13,184 nt of DNA from contig JAYPIC010000037.1 in assembly GCA_038127595.1 (NCBI GenBank), positions 3,059 through 16,242 of the forward strand, given 5' to 3'. The position numbers were made by a program, and so were the translations under genes. Below are positions 1-7,576 of the stretch, piece by piece. The DNA is from a bacterium. Its GTDB lineage: Bacteria > Fidelibacterota > Marinisomatia > Marinisomatales > UBA1611. Below the pieces are notes generated by a model, which saw only the letters and a program-made list of their open reading frames with translations, was not told the DNA's origin and did no database searches. Positions within the stretch are counted from its first letter, which is position 1, and each line of letters opens with the position of its first letter.

Positions 1-175
1 CCCTTCTTATCGCAATTCCTAGAGAAGAGTTAAGTTCTCCCTCTTTATGGATAAAACCCGATATAGGGTCATTGTAGTTGACCTGTTTGACGTTATGAAG
101 GGTTAGTCCGCCGTTTTCATCATCTGACCAAACACCGGCGATGAGGAACTTATCTGAAACAACGATTCCTATCAT
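1..175 (-). CDS. Partial CDS (runs off the left edge); hypothetical, possibly PilM/GspL-like actin-fold N-terminus
   Basis: Not in the ORF track; translated by hand. ATG at 175, 14 nt after the upstream stop, open for 58 codons to the edge: MIGIVVSDKFLIAGVWSDDENGGLTLHNVKQVNYNDPISGFIHKEGELNSSLGIAIRR. The strand-strand-strand-helix pattern loosely resembles the PilM N-terminus. The function call is tentative. Confidence 0.6.
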   Translation of the reverse strand, partial: MIGIVVSDKFLIAGVWSDDENGGLTLHNVKQVNYNDPISGFIHKEGELNSSLGIAIRR

Positions 176-189
176 GATATATTAAAAAC

Positions 190-945
190 CTAATCCCAGC
201 TTCGATTTCCATCATTGATCTCACCATGTCCAAATGACTTTAGAGAGAAAATAAGAAACCTAGGATCTTTATAAGGGTTTTCTTTGGTTATAGGACTTTT
301 TACTTTGAATTTTTTGTTTTCATTGTCAATATTTATCAGATACTGATCACCGCTGAGAGGACAAGTAAAAATACTTGAATCAGGTATAAATGTTTTATAA
401 TACTCAATCAATTCAACTCTTTTTAAAGGCTCTTCACCAAGATTAGCGATAAAGTTTGGATCTTGACTGTAAGTACTTAGGAATTTTTTCTGTGTAAAAC
501 TCGTATCATTTCTACCTAATTCCTGAGAAAACATTACAATCTGCACTGTTGTGTCTAAAATAGTATCTCTTCTGTAACTTTTAAATCCAAATGTCGTATC
601 ATAATTAAAACCGAATGATTCGTTTATGTCTACTGTATACTCCCTACCAAACAAGGTAAGGGACTGCTCTCCAACATAAAGAGAATCACCAAGCAGCGAA
701 TCCCTAGCAGAATTAACCACTTTCATTGCTTCAAAAAAATTAGGATTATATGAACCAGTGAGTTGCTCGTAAAAGGACTCAACATCATAAATATTTTTCA
801 TATTAAATCTACTTTGCTTTTCAAATTCTTGTTCCTCAGACCAGACAGAAACTGGTGCATATATAACAAAGATAAGAAAGAAAAATGCTAGAACCGTGAT
901 AAGCTCTAATAAGTCTGAGAATTTTTTTTGGTCTAATTTTGACAT
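190..945 (-). CDS. Membrane-anchored hypothetical protein with type IV pilin/pseudopilin-like N-terminus
   Basis: 251 aa. Basic leader (MSKLDQKK), then LLELITVLAFFFLIFVIYAP with a Glu-to-Pro spacing of 17 as in pilin E5/P22, then an amphipathic helix (SRFNMKNIYDVESFYEQLTGSY). Canonical G|F cleavage site is absent. Confidence 0.65.
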   Translation of the reverse strand: MSKLDQKKFSDLLELITVLAFFFLIFVIYAPVSVWSEEQEFEKQSRFNMKNIYDVESFYEQLTGSYNPNFFEAMKVVNSARDSLLGDSLYVGEQSLTLFGREYTVDINESFGFNYDTTFGFKSYRRDTILDTTVQIVMFSQELGRNDTSFTQKKFLSTYSQDPNFIANLGEEPLKRVELIEYYKTFIPDSSIFTCPLSGDQYLINIDNENKKFKVKSPITKENPYKDPRFLIFSLKSFGHGEINDGNRSWD

Positions 946-1064
946 GTAACTTTAATTTTCCACATTAGTTATAATAATATACATTAACAACACTGCTCAA
1001 TATTAATAAACCAATAGGCATTGAGGTTATTATTTTCTTAGATATGATAAAAGTAATATTATAA

Positions 1065-2150
1065 TTATAAATCTATCTTTGAAAACGGATTTTTAATTGG
1101 AGAAAGCTCACTTTTCAATGATTCTATAATTTTTTTACTTTGTCTAGATAGTGAGGATGGAGTATCTACAATAACTCTTACGATCTGATCCCCTTTTGAA
1201 GAGCTTCTAAGCATAGGAAAACCCTTACCTCTCATTCTAAGTAGTTTTCCGGATTGTATTCCAGAGGGTATCTTCAATGTAGATTTACCATCTAATGTAG
1301 GAATTTCTACTTTACTACCAAAAACGGCATCTGGATAACTTATTTTAAGCTCGATGAAGATATTTTCACTATCACGAACAAAATATTGATGTGTTTTTTC
1401 CTCAAAAACGACCAGTAAATCACCAGGATTACCCATCATATTTTCATTACCCTGTCCCTCTACAGTCATATAGTTACCAGATTCTACTCCTGCCGGAACT
1501 TTAATATTGATGGTTTTATCTTTTTTAACCATGCCATCTGGTCCAACACCACTGGGTCGACTACCTACGATTTTGCCGTTACCATTACAGCGAGGGCATA
1601 CGCTAGTCTGCTGCATTCTGCCTAGGACGGTATTTGCAATTTGAGTTACTTGCCCTCGCCCACCACATGTTGAGCAATTAGTGAATTGAACTCCATCTGC
1701 AACTACAGAACGCTTCACTTTGATCTTTTTTTCTATACCTTTATTTATTTCTTCATAATCTAAAGCCAATTTTATTCGTATATCCGGCCCTTTGGATCTG
1801 CCTCCTCTTTGTCTACCCCCACCAAAAATGTCACCAAATGGACTACCACCAAAAATATCACCAAATTGGGAAAATATATCTTCCATATCCATATGAACAC
1901 CACCGCCAAAACCACCGCCTTGCGATCCCATACCTACTCCGGCGTGACCAAATTGATCGTACTGACTTTTTTTCTGACTGTCGCTTAGGATACTGTAAGC
2001 TTCGGCTGCTTCTTTAAAATTCTTTTCTGCCTCCGCATTGCCAGGATTTTTATCGGGATGGTACTTAAGCGCAAGCTTTCTATATGCTTTTTTAATTTCA
2101 TCATTAGATGCGCTTTTTGATACGCCGAGTACATCATAAAAATCTCTCAT
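1065..2150 (-). CDS. dnaJ: Molecular chaperone DnaJ (Hsp40) with reduced zinc-finger region
   Basis: J-domain (DFYDVLGV...KYHPDKNPG), G/F region with DIF motifs, two CxxCxGxG repeats ([16 protein letters not shown]), C-terminal domains ([20 protein letters not shown]). 4-nt ATGA overlap with grpE. Confidence 0.97.
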   Translation of the reverse strand: MRDFYDVLGVSKSASNDEIKKAYRKLALKYHPDKNPGNAEAEKNFKEAAEAYSILSDSQKKSQYDQFGHAGVGMGSQGGGFGGGVHMDMEDIFSQFGDIFGGSPFGDIFGGGRQRGGRSKGPDIRIKLALDYEEINKGIEKKIKVKRSVVADGVQFTNCSTCGGRGQVTQIANTVLGRMQQTSVCPRCNGNGKIVGSRPSGVGPDGMVKKDKTINIKVPAGVESGNYMTVEGQGNENMMGNPGDLLVVFEEKTHQYFVRDSENIFIELKISYPDAVFGSKVEIPTLDGKSTLKIPSGIQSGKLLRMRGKGFPMLRSSSKGDQIVRVIVDTPSSLSRQSKKIIESLKSELSPIKNPFSKIDL

Positions 2151-2680
2151 TTTTTATTCACCACAACCTTTGCATGTCTTATGACCTTATCATGATATCG
2201 GTATCCTTTTTCAAAAACACTCAAAATAATATTATCGTCCTTTTTTTTATCACTTTGGGTCATCATCGCATCATGAAGCTCAGGATCAAGAACATCCCCT
2301 TCCGAGCCAAAAGGTTCGATTTTTTTATTTTCCAAAAAGCGCTCAATTTTTGAACGAAGTAAACTTATGCCGTTAATGAGAGCATCTTCATTTTTACCTT
2401 CTGAAGCTTCTGCTGATTCAACCATTCGGTTTAAATCATCAAATATTGGCAGAATTTCTTTAATTACACTCTCACCATCATATTGCAATAGAGCAGAAAT
2501 CTCTTTGTTCTTCCTCTTTCTGAAATTTTCAAATTCAGCTTTAAGTCTAACATGCTTATCAATAAGTAAATCTAGTTCTTTCTTATGGTTCGAATTATCT
2601 GATTTAGCTTTTTTCGATTTTTGCTCTGGTTTCTTTTTTACAGTCTGCTTTTTTGTCTTAGCAGTTTTCTTTTCTGTCAA
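2147..2680 (-). CDS. grpE: Nucleotide exchange factor GrpE
   Basis: [30 protein letters not shown] and [19 protein letters not shown] are GrpE motifs. TTG start with GGAG 6 nt upstream. Adjacent to dnaJ. Confidence 0.96.
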   Translation of the reverse strand: MTEKKTAKTKKQTVKKKPEQKSKKAKSDNSNHKKELDLLIDKHVRLKAEFENFRKRKNKEISALLQYDGESVIKEILPIFDDLNRMVESAEASEGKNEDALINGISLLRSKIERFLENKKIEPFGSEGDVLDPELHDAMMTQSDKKKDDNIILSVFEKGYRYHDKVIRHAKVVVNKK

Positions 2681-2686
2681 AATGGA

Positions 2687-2690
2687 CTCC
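2687..2690 (-). promoter_or_regulatory. Shine-Dalgarno-like site for grpE
   Basis: Minus strand reads CGGAGTCCATT-TTG; GGAG lies 6 nt before the TTG start at 2680. Confidence 0.55.
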
Positions 2691-2738
2691 GAATCAATGG
2701 TTTAAAATATTTGCTTGAGTAAAAACAGTAATTATGTA

Positions 2739-3611
2739 TTATTTCATTACTCCTGAAACAGCTCTATAACTACCTAGTACAGAAATTATACCAGAAAGCA
2801 AAGTGAGCCATAAAAACAATACCGGCGCTATGGTTAGTTCAACATTCCAACTAGTAAAATTGTTGATAACATAGTTTACACCATTGATAGTACCAATTAT
2901 AAGTGGAACGGATACAATAGTCGCAATGATTCCATCAATTAGGCCTTCAAAAATAAATGGCATTTGAATGAATAACCTTGTTGCGCCAATTAGTTTTAGT
3001 GAATTAATTAAATCTTTTCGAGAAAATATAGATAATTTAACTGTATTGTAAATAACAAGAACTGCTACAGATATAAAAACAAGTGCAACCCAGGGAAATA
3101 TTTTCATTACTCTAGCGTAAGTCCTTTCAATTTTTTTAATTAAGTGCCCTTGATATCTAACCTCCTCAACACCATCCATTTTTTTAATCTTATTAACAAT
3201 TGGTGTTGCATCGAGGACCTCTTCGGAATTTCTTTTAAGGTTTACAACTGCGCTAACAGGCAATGGGTTATACCCTAATATGCCAAGAATATCTTCTCCG
3301 AATTGGTCCTTGAAAATTCTTACTGCATCATCTTTATTAATGACAGTTGATGAACGAACCCCTTTAATTTCTAGAATGAGATCAGAAACTTCTTTTGCTG
3401 CTTTTAAATCTATATTTTGTTTAAAAAACACTTCGATTTTATATTTTGACCTAAGGTATTGCAGAATGGACTTTGTATTTTCTCCAGCAGTAGCAAGCAG
3501 CCCAACAAAATAAAGAGCAAGAAACAGAGAAAAAACTGCTGTGAAGGTTGTCATCTTATGACGCCAAACATTTTTTAAACCTTCAGAAATTAAATATAAA
3601 AATTTATCCAT
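2739..3611 (-). CDS. ftsX: Cell division ABC transporter permease FtsX
   Basis: Four-TM layout with a large periplasmic loop, YNPLP motif, IYNTVKLSIFSRK...LKLIGATRLFIQMPFIFEG signature. ATG at 3611 overlaps the ftsE stop (TGATG) and is preferred over the track's TTG at 3614. Confidence 0.93.
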   Translation of the reverse strand: MDKFLYLISEGLKNVWRHKMTTFTAVFSLFLALYFVGLLATAGENTKSILQYLRSKYKIEVFFKQNIDLKAAKEVSDLILEIKGVRSSTVINKDDAVRIFKDQFGEDILGILGYNPLPVSAVVNLKRNSEEVLDATPIVNKIKKMDGVEEVRYQGHLIKKIERTYARVMKIFPWVALVFISVAVLVIYNTVKLSIFSRKDLINSLKLIGATRLFIQMPFIFEGLIDGIIATIVSVPLIIGTINGVNYVINNFTSWNVELTIAPVLFLWLTLLSGIISVLGSYRAVSGVMK

Positions 3612-4270
3612 CAACTGCCTCGAAGCAGACCATCTTTAAGTTCAATAATCCTGCGGCCTCTACCTTTGATCAAATTATAGTTGTGTGAAGCCATTAAGAT
3701 AGTAGTACCATTATTATTTATCGTTTCAAGTAATTGAACTAACTCAAAAGCAGCAACCGGGTCAAGGTTCCCAGTAGGCTCATCCGCCAAAATTAGTGAA
3801 GGCTCTTTAACAATGGCTCTTGCCAAAGTTACCCTTTGTTTTTCACCTCCTGATAATTCATATGGGTAATGAGTCCTTTTGCCATCAAAACCTACCATAT
3901 CTAAAGCATCCTCCACTCTATATGCTATTTCGCTTGCATCACAACCAATAACATGTAAGGGAAGTGCCACATTATGGAAAACATTTCGATCATTTAAAAG
4001 ATGATAATCTTGAAAAACCATGCCTATATCTCTTCTCAAAAGTGGAACATGGCTTTTTCTCATTTTATCTGAATTGAAATCACCAACATTTATTTTCCCG
4101 GAATCACAAAATAAATCAAAATAAATCAACCTCATTAAAGTTGTTTTACCAGAACCTGTTGGACCAATTAAAAAAACAAACTCCCCGCTATCAATAGAAA
4201 AAGATAGATTAGTAACTCCTCTACCTTTTTGATGCGTGTAAGAGACATTTTGGAAGTCTATCATATTCAT
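3611..4270 (-). CDS. ftsE: Cell division ATP-binding protein FtsE
   Basis: Walker A GPTGSGKT, LRRDIGMVFQD, signature LSGGEKQRV, Walker B/D-loop ILADEPTGNLD, H-loop ASH. Directly upstream of ftsX. Confidence 0.93.
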   Translation of the reverse strand: MNMIDFQNVSYTHQKGRGVTNLSFSIDSGEFVFLIGPTGSGKTTLMRLIYFDLFCDSGKINVGDFNSDKMRKSHVPLLRRDIGMVFQDYHLLNDRNVFHNVALPLHVIGCDASEIAYRVEDALDMVGFDGKRTHYPYELSGGEKQRVTLARAIVKEPSLILADEPTGNLDPVAAFELVQLLETINNNGTTILMASHNYNLIKGRGRRIIELKDGLLRGS

Positions 4271-4408
4271 AAATTACTCAAATATTTTTTATGGAAAAAG
4301 GATAGAACAATATTGAAAAATTAAATAAAGTTAAATATGAATATTATAACTAGTTATATGATTAAATTATGATAAGCTATTTAAATATAATTTTTTAAAG
4401 GTAATCCA
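4271..4408. promoter_or_regulatory. Divergent promoter region (ftsE / antiporter) containing a 14-bp palindrome
   Basis: Very AT-rich 138-bp gap between divergent genes. TATAAT on + at 4386-4391 and on - at 4348-4343; perfect palindrome TATAACTAGTTATA at 4345-4358. No convincing -35 elements. Confidence 0.5.
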
Positions 4409-5350
4409 TTGAACTTAATTTTAGATCTTGTTTTAGTTTCGTTATCAATCCTAATGCTTTGGAAAGGCGCAGATTGGTTAGTTGATGCCGCATCTGAGAT
4501 TGCTCATTCACTGAAAATATCAGATCTTGTTATAGGACTTACTGTAGTGGCATTTGGAACATCAGCACCTGAATTTGCAGTAACAATTCGTGCTGCTATA
4601 ACTGGCCAGACAGATATCTCAATCGGGAACGTCGTTGGGTCTAATATTTTCAACCTAGGTTTCATTCTAGGCGGAACAGCAATGGTTAGGGCGATCAACA
4701 TAACTCCAAAACTTCTCTACAGAGATGGTATCTTTCTTCTAATTGTAACCATATTGATCTACATCCTATTTTTTGGATTTAATGGCTGGGATGCTGCGGA
4801 TGCAATCAATGCTTATGAAGGGTCAATATTATTTTTGGCTTTAATTGGATACATTATATTTTTGTTTATTAAAAAAGAACCAATTGAAGAAACCCACCCA
4901 AAATCTGCAGACCTACAATCTTACATATGGTTTTTTGTGGGTCTTTTCTCTATTGTATTAGGCGGGCATTTAATGGTTGAGCACGCGTCAAACCTAGCTC
5001 GTGCCTTTGGCGTCTCAGATTGGGTTATAGCAGTCACAATAGTTGCTGCAGGAACTTCAGCGCCTGAGCTAGCGACATCATTGACAGCAGCATTTAAAGA
5101 AAAACATGGAATGGCAATTGGGAATTTACTTGGCAGTGATTTATTTAATCTTCTTGGAGTACTTGGTTTAGCAGGTATAATTAACCCAACTAATATCCAA
5201 TCTGACATTCATTCAAGTATAGTTGTGCTAATCATAATGGTTTCTATGGTACTTGTTATGATGAGAACAGGTTGGCAAATAACTAGACTGCAAGGGACTA
5301 TTCTTGTAACACTAAATTTAATTAGGTGGTATCTAGACTTTGCAGGCTAG
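4409..5350 (+). CDS. Calcium/sodium antiporter, CaCA superfamily (YrbG-like)
   Basis: About 10 TM helices in two repeats; alpha-repeat motifs GTSAPE...GNVVGSNIFN and GTSAPE...GNLLGSDLFN. TTG start preceded by AAGG. Confidence 0.93.
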   Translation: MNLILDLVLVSLSILMLWKGADWLVDAASEIAHSLKISDLVIGLTVVAFGTSAPEFAVTIRAAITGQTDISIGNVVGSNIFNLGFILGGTAMVRAINITPKLLYRDGIFLLIVTILIYILFFGFNGWDAADAINAYEGSILFLALIGYIIFLFIKKEPIEETHPKSADLQSYIWFFVGLFSIVLGGHLMVEHASNLARAFGVSDWVIAVTIVAAGTSAPELATSLTAAFKEKHGMAIGNLLGSDLFNLLGVLGLAGIINPTNIQSDIHSSIVVLIIMVSMVLVMMRTGWQITRLQGTILVTLNLIRWYLDFAG

Positions 5351-5354
5351 GTAA

Positions 5355-5948
5355 TTACGAGTCATTTGATACACTATATAGATTGTTCTTATTTATATAT
5401 TCCCATATTGGCAATGTTACCATATACCTTATTGTAAGATCTTCTACCCACCTTGATCTTATTTTTGAAGAAGAAAGTTCAAACCTTGGAATATTTGCAA
5501 AGTGAACATCTTGCAATATCCAATGAGGTATATCTGAAGGCCTAAAACCTGGTCTTATTGCTACAATTACCTTAGCCTCATCTAATATCTTTTTTGGTTC
5601 TTTCCAATTTTTTAAGTCGATCAAACTATCGCTTCCAATTAGATAGTAGACTTCTTGCTTTTTAAGATTCAATTTGTTTTTTATATCAATTATAGAGTCA
5701 ATAGTGTATGAGGTGCCCTTTCTAACTATATCAACATTTGAGTATTCAAATTTAGGGTTATCTTCAATAGCGATCTTTATCATATTAATTCTATGATCTG
5801 CACTAGTTATACCGTTTTTATGAGGGGGTGAAAATGCAGGAATGAAGAGGACCTTATCAAAATTCTCTGCCTCACATACCGTCTGCGCTATTAGAAGATG
5901 ACCAATATGAGGAGGATCAAAGGTTCCTCCAAATAGACATACTTTCAT
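5355..5948 (-). CDS. nadD: Nicotinate-nucleotide adenylyltransferase
   Basis: GGTFDPPHIGH (HxGH), PPHK, SYTIDS, LIGSD, W in LKNWKE, SSSKIR, and C-terminal YINKNNLY. Confidence 0.96.
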   Translation of the reverse strand: MKVCLFGGTFDPPHIGHLLIAQTVCEAENFDKVLFIPAFSPPHKNGITSADHRINMIKIAIEDNPKFEYSNVDIVRKGTSYTIDSIIDIKNKLNLKKQEVYYLIGSDSLIDLKNWKEPKKILDEAKVIVAIRPGFRPSDIPHWILQDVHFANIPRFELSSSKIRSRWVEDLTIRYMVTLPIWEYINKNNLYSVSNDS

Positions 5949-6685
5949 TATAATTCTTTTTGGGAAAAAACTTCGGTTAATTCAAGCACTAGTTTCTCCT
6001 GCTTTATGGAGTCTCTTCCTTTATCTATCCAATGACTTCTGGCTTTTTTGTCGTTACCTTGTTTCAAGTAAGATTTAATAACCTCATAATGTACATTCTC
6101 AATTATATCAGTATCATAGTAAAGGTCAAGAACCTGGTTAAATGACATTCTAGCTGGCTCAAACTCATCCATCTTCATGTAAAGAATCCCAGTTTCATAT
6201 AATTTTTTTGCGAGTTTGTTTCTTAGAACGCTCATTGATTCTGAAACTGTTCTACTATGCTCGGACTCAGGGAAATCATCAAGGAATTCCCGATACCTTT
6301 CTAGTGCTTTCTCTGTGTATGACTGGTCGTTATAATAATTTGGGCTCTCTATTCTGTACGCCTCACAAATACGAAAACGTGCTTTTTCAAAAAAAGGACT
6401 AAAAGCCATTTTTCTAGTTAAGTTTTCATATTCTTGAATTGAGAGCATGTACTGCTCATTAAGAAAGTAAGCTTCAGCTAGAAAAAATTGTGCATCATCT
6501 CCATAATCTGTTCCTGTACCCCTCGATAAAATAAATTTGAATTCGTCTTGAGCTTTTACAAACTTGCCCTGATCCAAAAAATCCATTCCTATTTTTAAAT
6601 GATCAGCTAGAGGTAAACTCTCATCAGGCAAGGAAGACGAACATCCTATAAAAAATAATAAAAAGGTTATATATATGTATTTCAT
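5948..6685 (-). CDS. bamD: Outer membrane protein assembly lipoprotein BamD (YfiO/ComL)
   Basis: Lipoprotein signal ending FIG-C15; TPR helices (AQFFLAEAYF, YYNDQSYTEKAL, FLDDFPES, LRNKLAKKLYETGILY) with the FCB-type BamD pattern; 245 aa. TAATG overlap with nadD. Confidence 0.88.
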   Translation of the reverse strand: MKYIYITFLLFFIGCSSSLPDESLPLADHLKIGMDFLDQGKFVKAQDEFKFILSRGTGTDYGDDAQFFLAEAYFLNEQYMLSIQEYENLTRKMAFSPFFEKARFRICEAYRIESPNYYNDQSYTEKALERYREFLDDFPESEHSRTVSESMSVLRNKLAKKLYETGILYMKMDEFEPARMSFNQVLDLYYDTDIIENVHYEVIKSYLKQGNDKKARSHWIDKGRDSIKQEKLVLELTEVFSQKEL

Positions 6686-7576
6686 TTAAAAGTTTAATCT
6701 AAAAGATAAACCACCAATACCATGTGTATTATTTGGATCAAATAATAAACCCAAATCTAAATCTACCTTTTTAGCCTTATCTCCATTTTCTTCATTTTTA
6801 ACATTTCGGTTAGCCCAAACTGCTTCTAAACCACTGATTACATGATTAAACATCATTGCACTGATGCTAAATTTAGCAAAAGAAAGCCATTGGTTTGCTT
6901 CATAACGATCATCAAGGTAACTTTGTTTCCTTGGAGTTTTTATAACTATCTCAGTACTATCACCTACATCTTTTTCTTCCCAATACCAATTTGTTGAAAC
7001 ATCTGACCATCCCCCAACAAATTGATCATACTTACCAATGTTCTCATAGTAATGTCTATCTTTAACCATACTAAGATCTTCACTATCCAAATAGCTTGAT
7101 AGGATTGAGAGGCTATCAGAAGTAATGAACTCAGTATTAAATAAATTTACTAAATCACCTTTAAGGTGAATTGTTAAGTGATGAGTCCCAATATAGTTTC
7201 TCATAGCTTTTAATTTATTGTCAGTGAAAAACAAGCCATTATTTTCAATAACTTCTGGACCTGATTGAGTAAAATCCCACCAGTCTTTTACATTCCAATT
7301 TTCATCAGCAAACTTTTGGTAATTCATTCTGATTTCATCAGCTTTTTTGTTTGAATATATGATACTAGTTATACTAACTATCTCCGTCGCAATAAAAATT
7401 CCTGGTTTCCAAAGCGGCTCTTTATTGTACAGTTGACCAAGGCCTGGCACGATCAAAGACATAATCAAAGGTTTTCCTGGATAAAAAGTAGAATCTTTTT
7501 CTAAAGCCGCCTTTGTTGAATCTTGACCGAACAAAGGAATAGTAAAAAGAAAAGATAAAATTAACCTAGAAATCAA
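6686..7576 (-). CDS. Exported hypothetical protein with DUF5683-like motif and C-terminal beta-signal
   Basis: SLIVPGLGQLYNKEPLWK resembles DUF5683; ends GGLSFRLNF. TTG at 7576 gives a clean signal peptide (MISRLILSFLFTIPLFG|Q) and an 11-nt overlap with the upstream gene; the track's ATG at 7612 is the alternative start. Stop abuts the bamD ATG. Confidence 0.75.
   Translation of the reverse strand: MISRLILSFLFTIPLFGQDSTKAALEKDSTFYPGKPLIMSLIVPGLGQLYNKEPLWKPGIFIATEIVSITSIIYSNKKADEIRMNYQKFADENWNVKDWWDFTQSGPEVIENNGLFFTDNKLKAMRNYIGTHHLTIHLKGDLVNLFNTEFITSDSLSILSSYLDSEDLSMVKDRHYYENIGKYDQFVGGWSDVSTNWYWEEKDVGDSTEIVIKTPRKQSYLDDRYEANQWLSFAKFSISAMMFNHVISGLEAVWANRNVKNEENGDKAKKVDLDLGLLFDPNNTHGIGGLSFRLNF

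Noticed and set aside
996..1035. Possible hairpin/terminator after dnaJ (CTCAAT...ATTGAG)
   Set aside because: Short AT-rich stem with a large loop and no clear U-tract; too weak to call.
1813..1870. Imperfect ~27-bp tandem repeat (ccaccaaaaat.tcaccaaat)
   Set aside because: Encodes the FGDIFGG repeats of the DnaJ G/F region; not a CRISPR or mobile repeat.
2108..2705. Plus-strand ORFs 2108-2353 and 2367-2705
   Set aside because: Antisense shadows of grpE/dnaJ with no recognisable motifs.
3280..3513. Plus-strand 77-aa ORF
   Set aside because: Lies entirely antisense within ftsX.
4504..5208. Minus-strand ORFs 4504-4701 and 4921-5208
   Set aside because: Antisense to the two alpha-repeat halves of the antiporter; their similarity to each other reflects its internal duplication.
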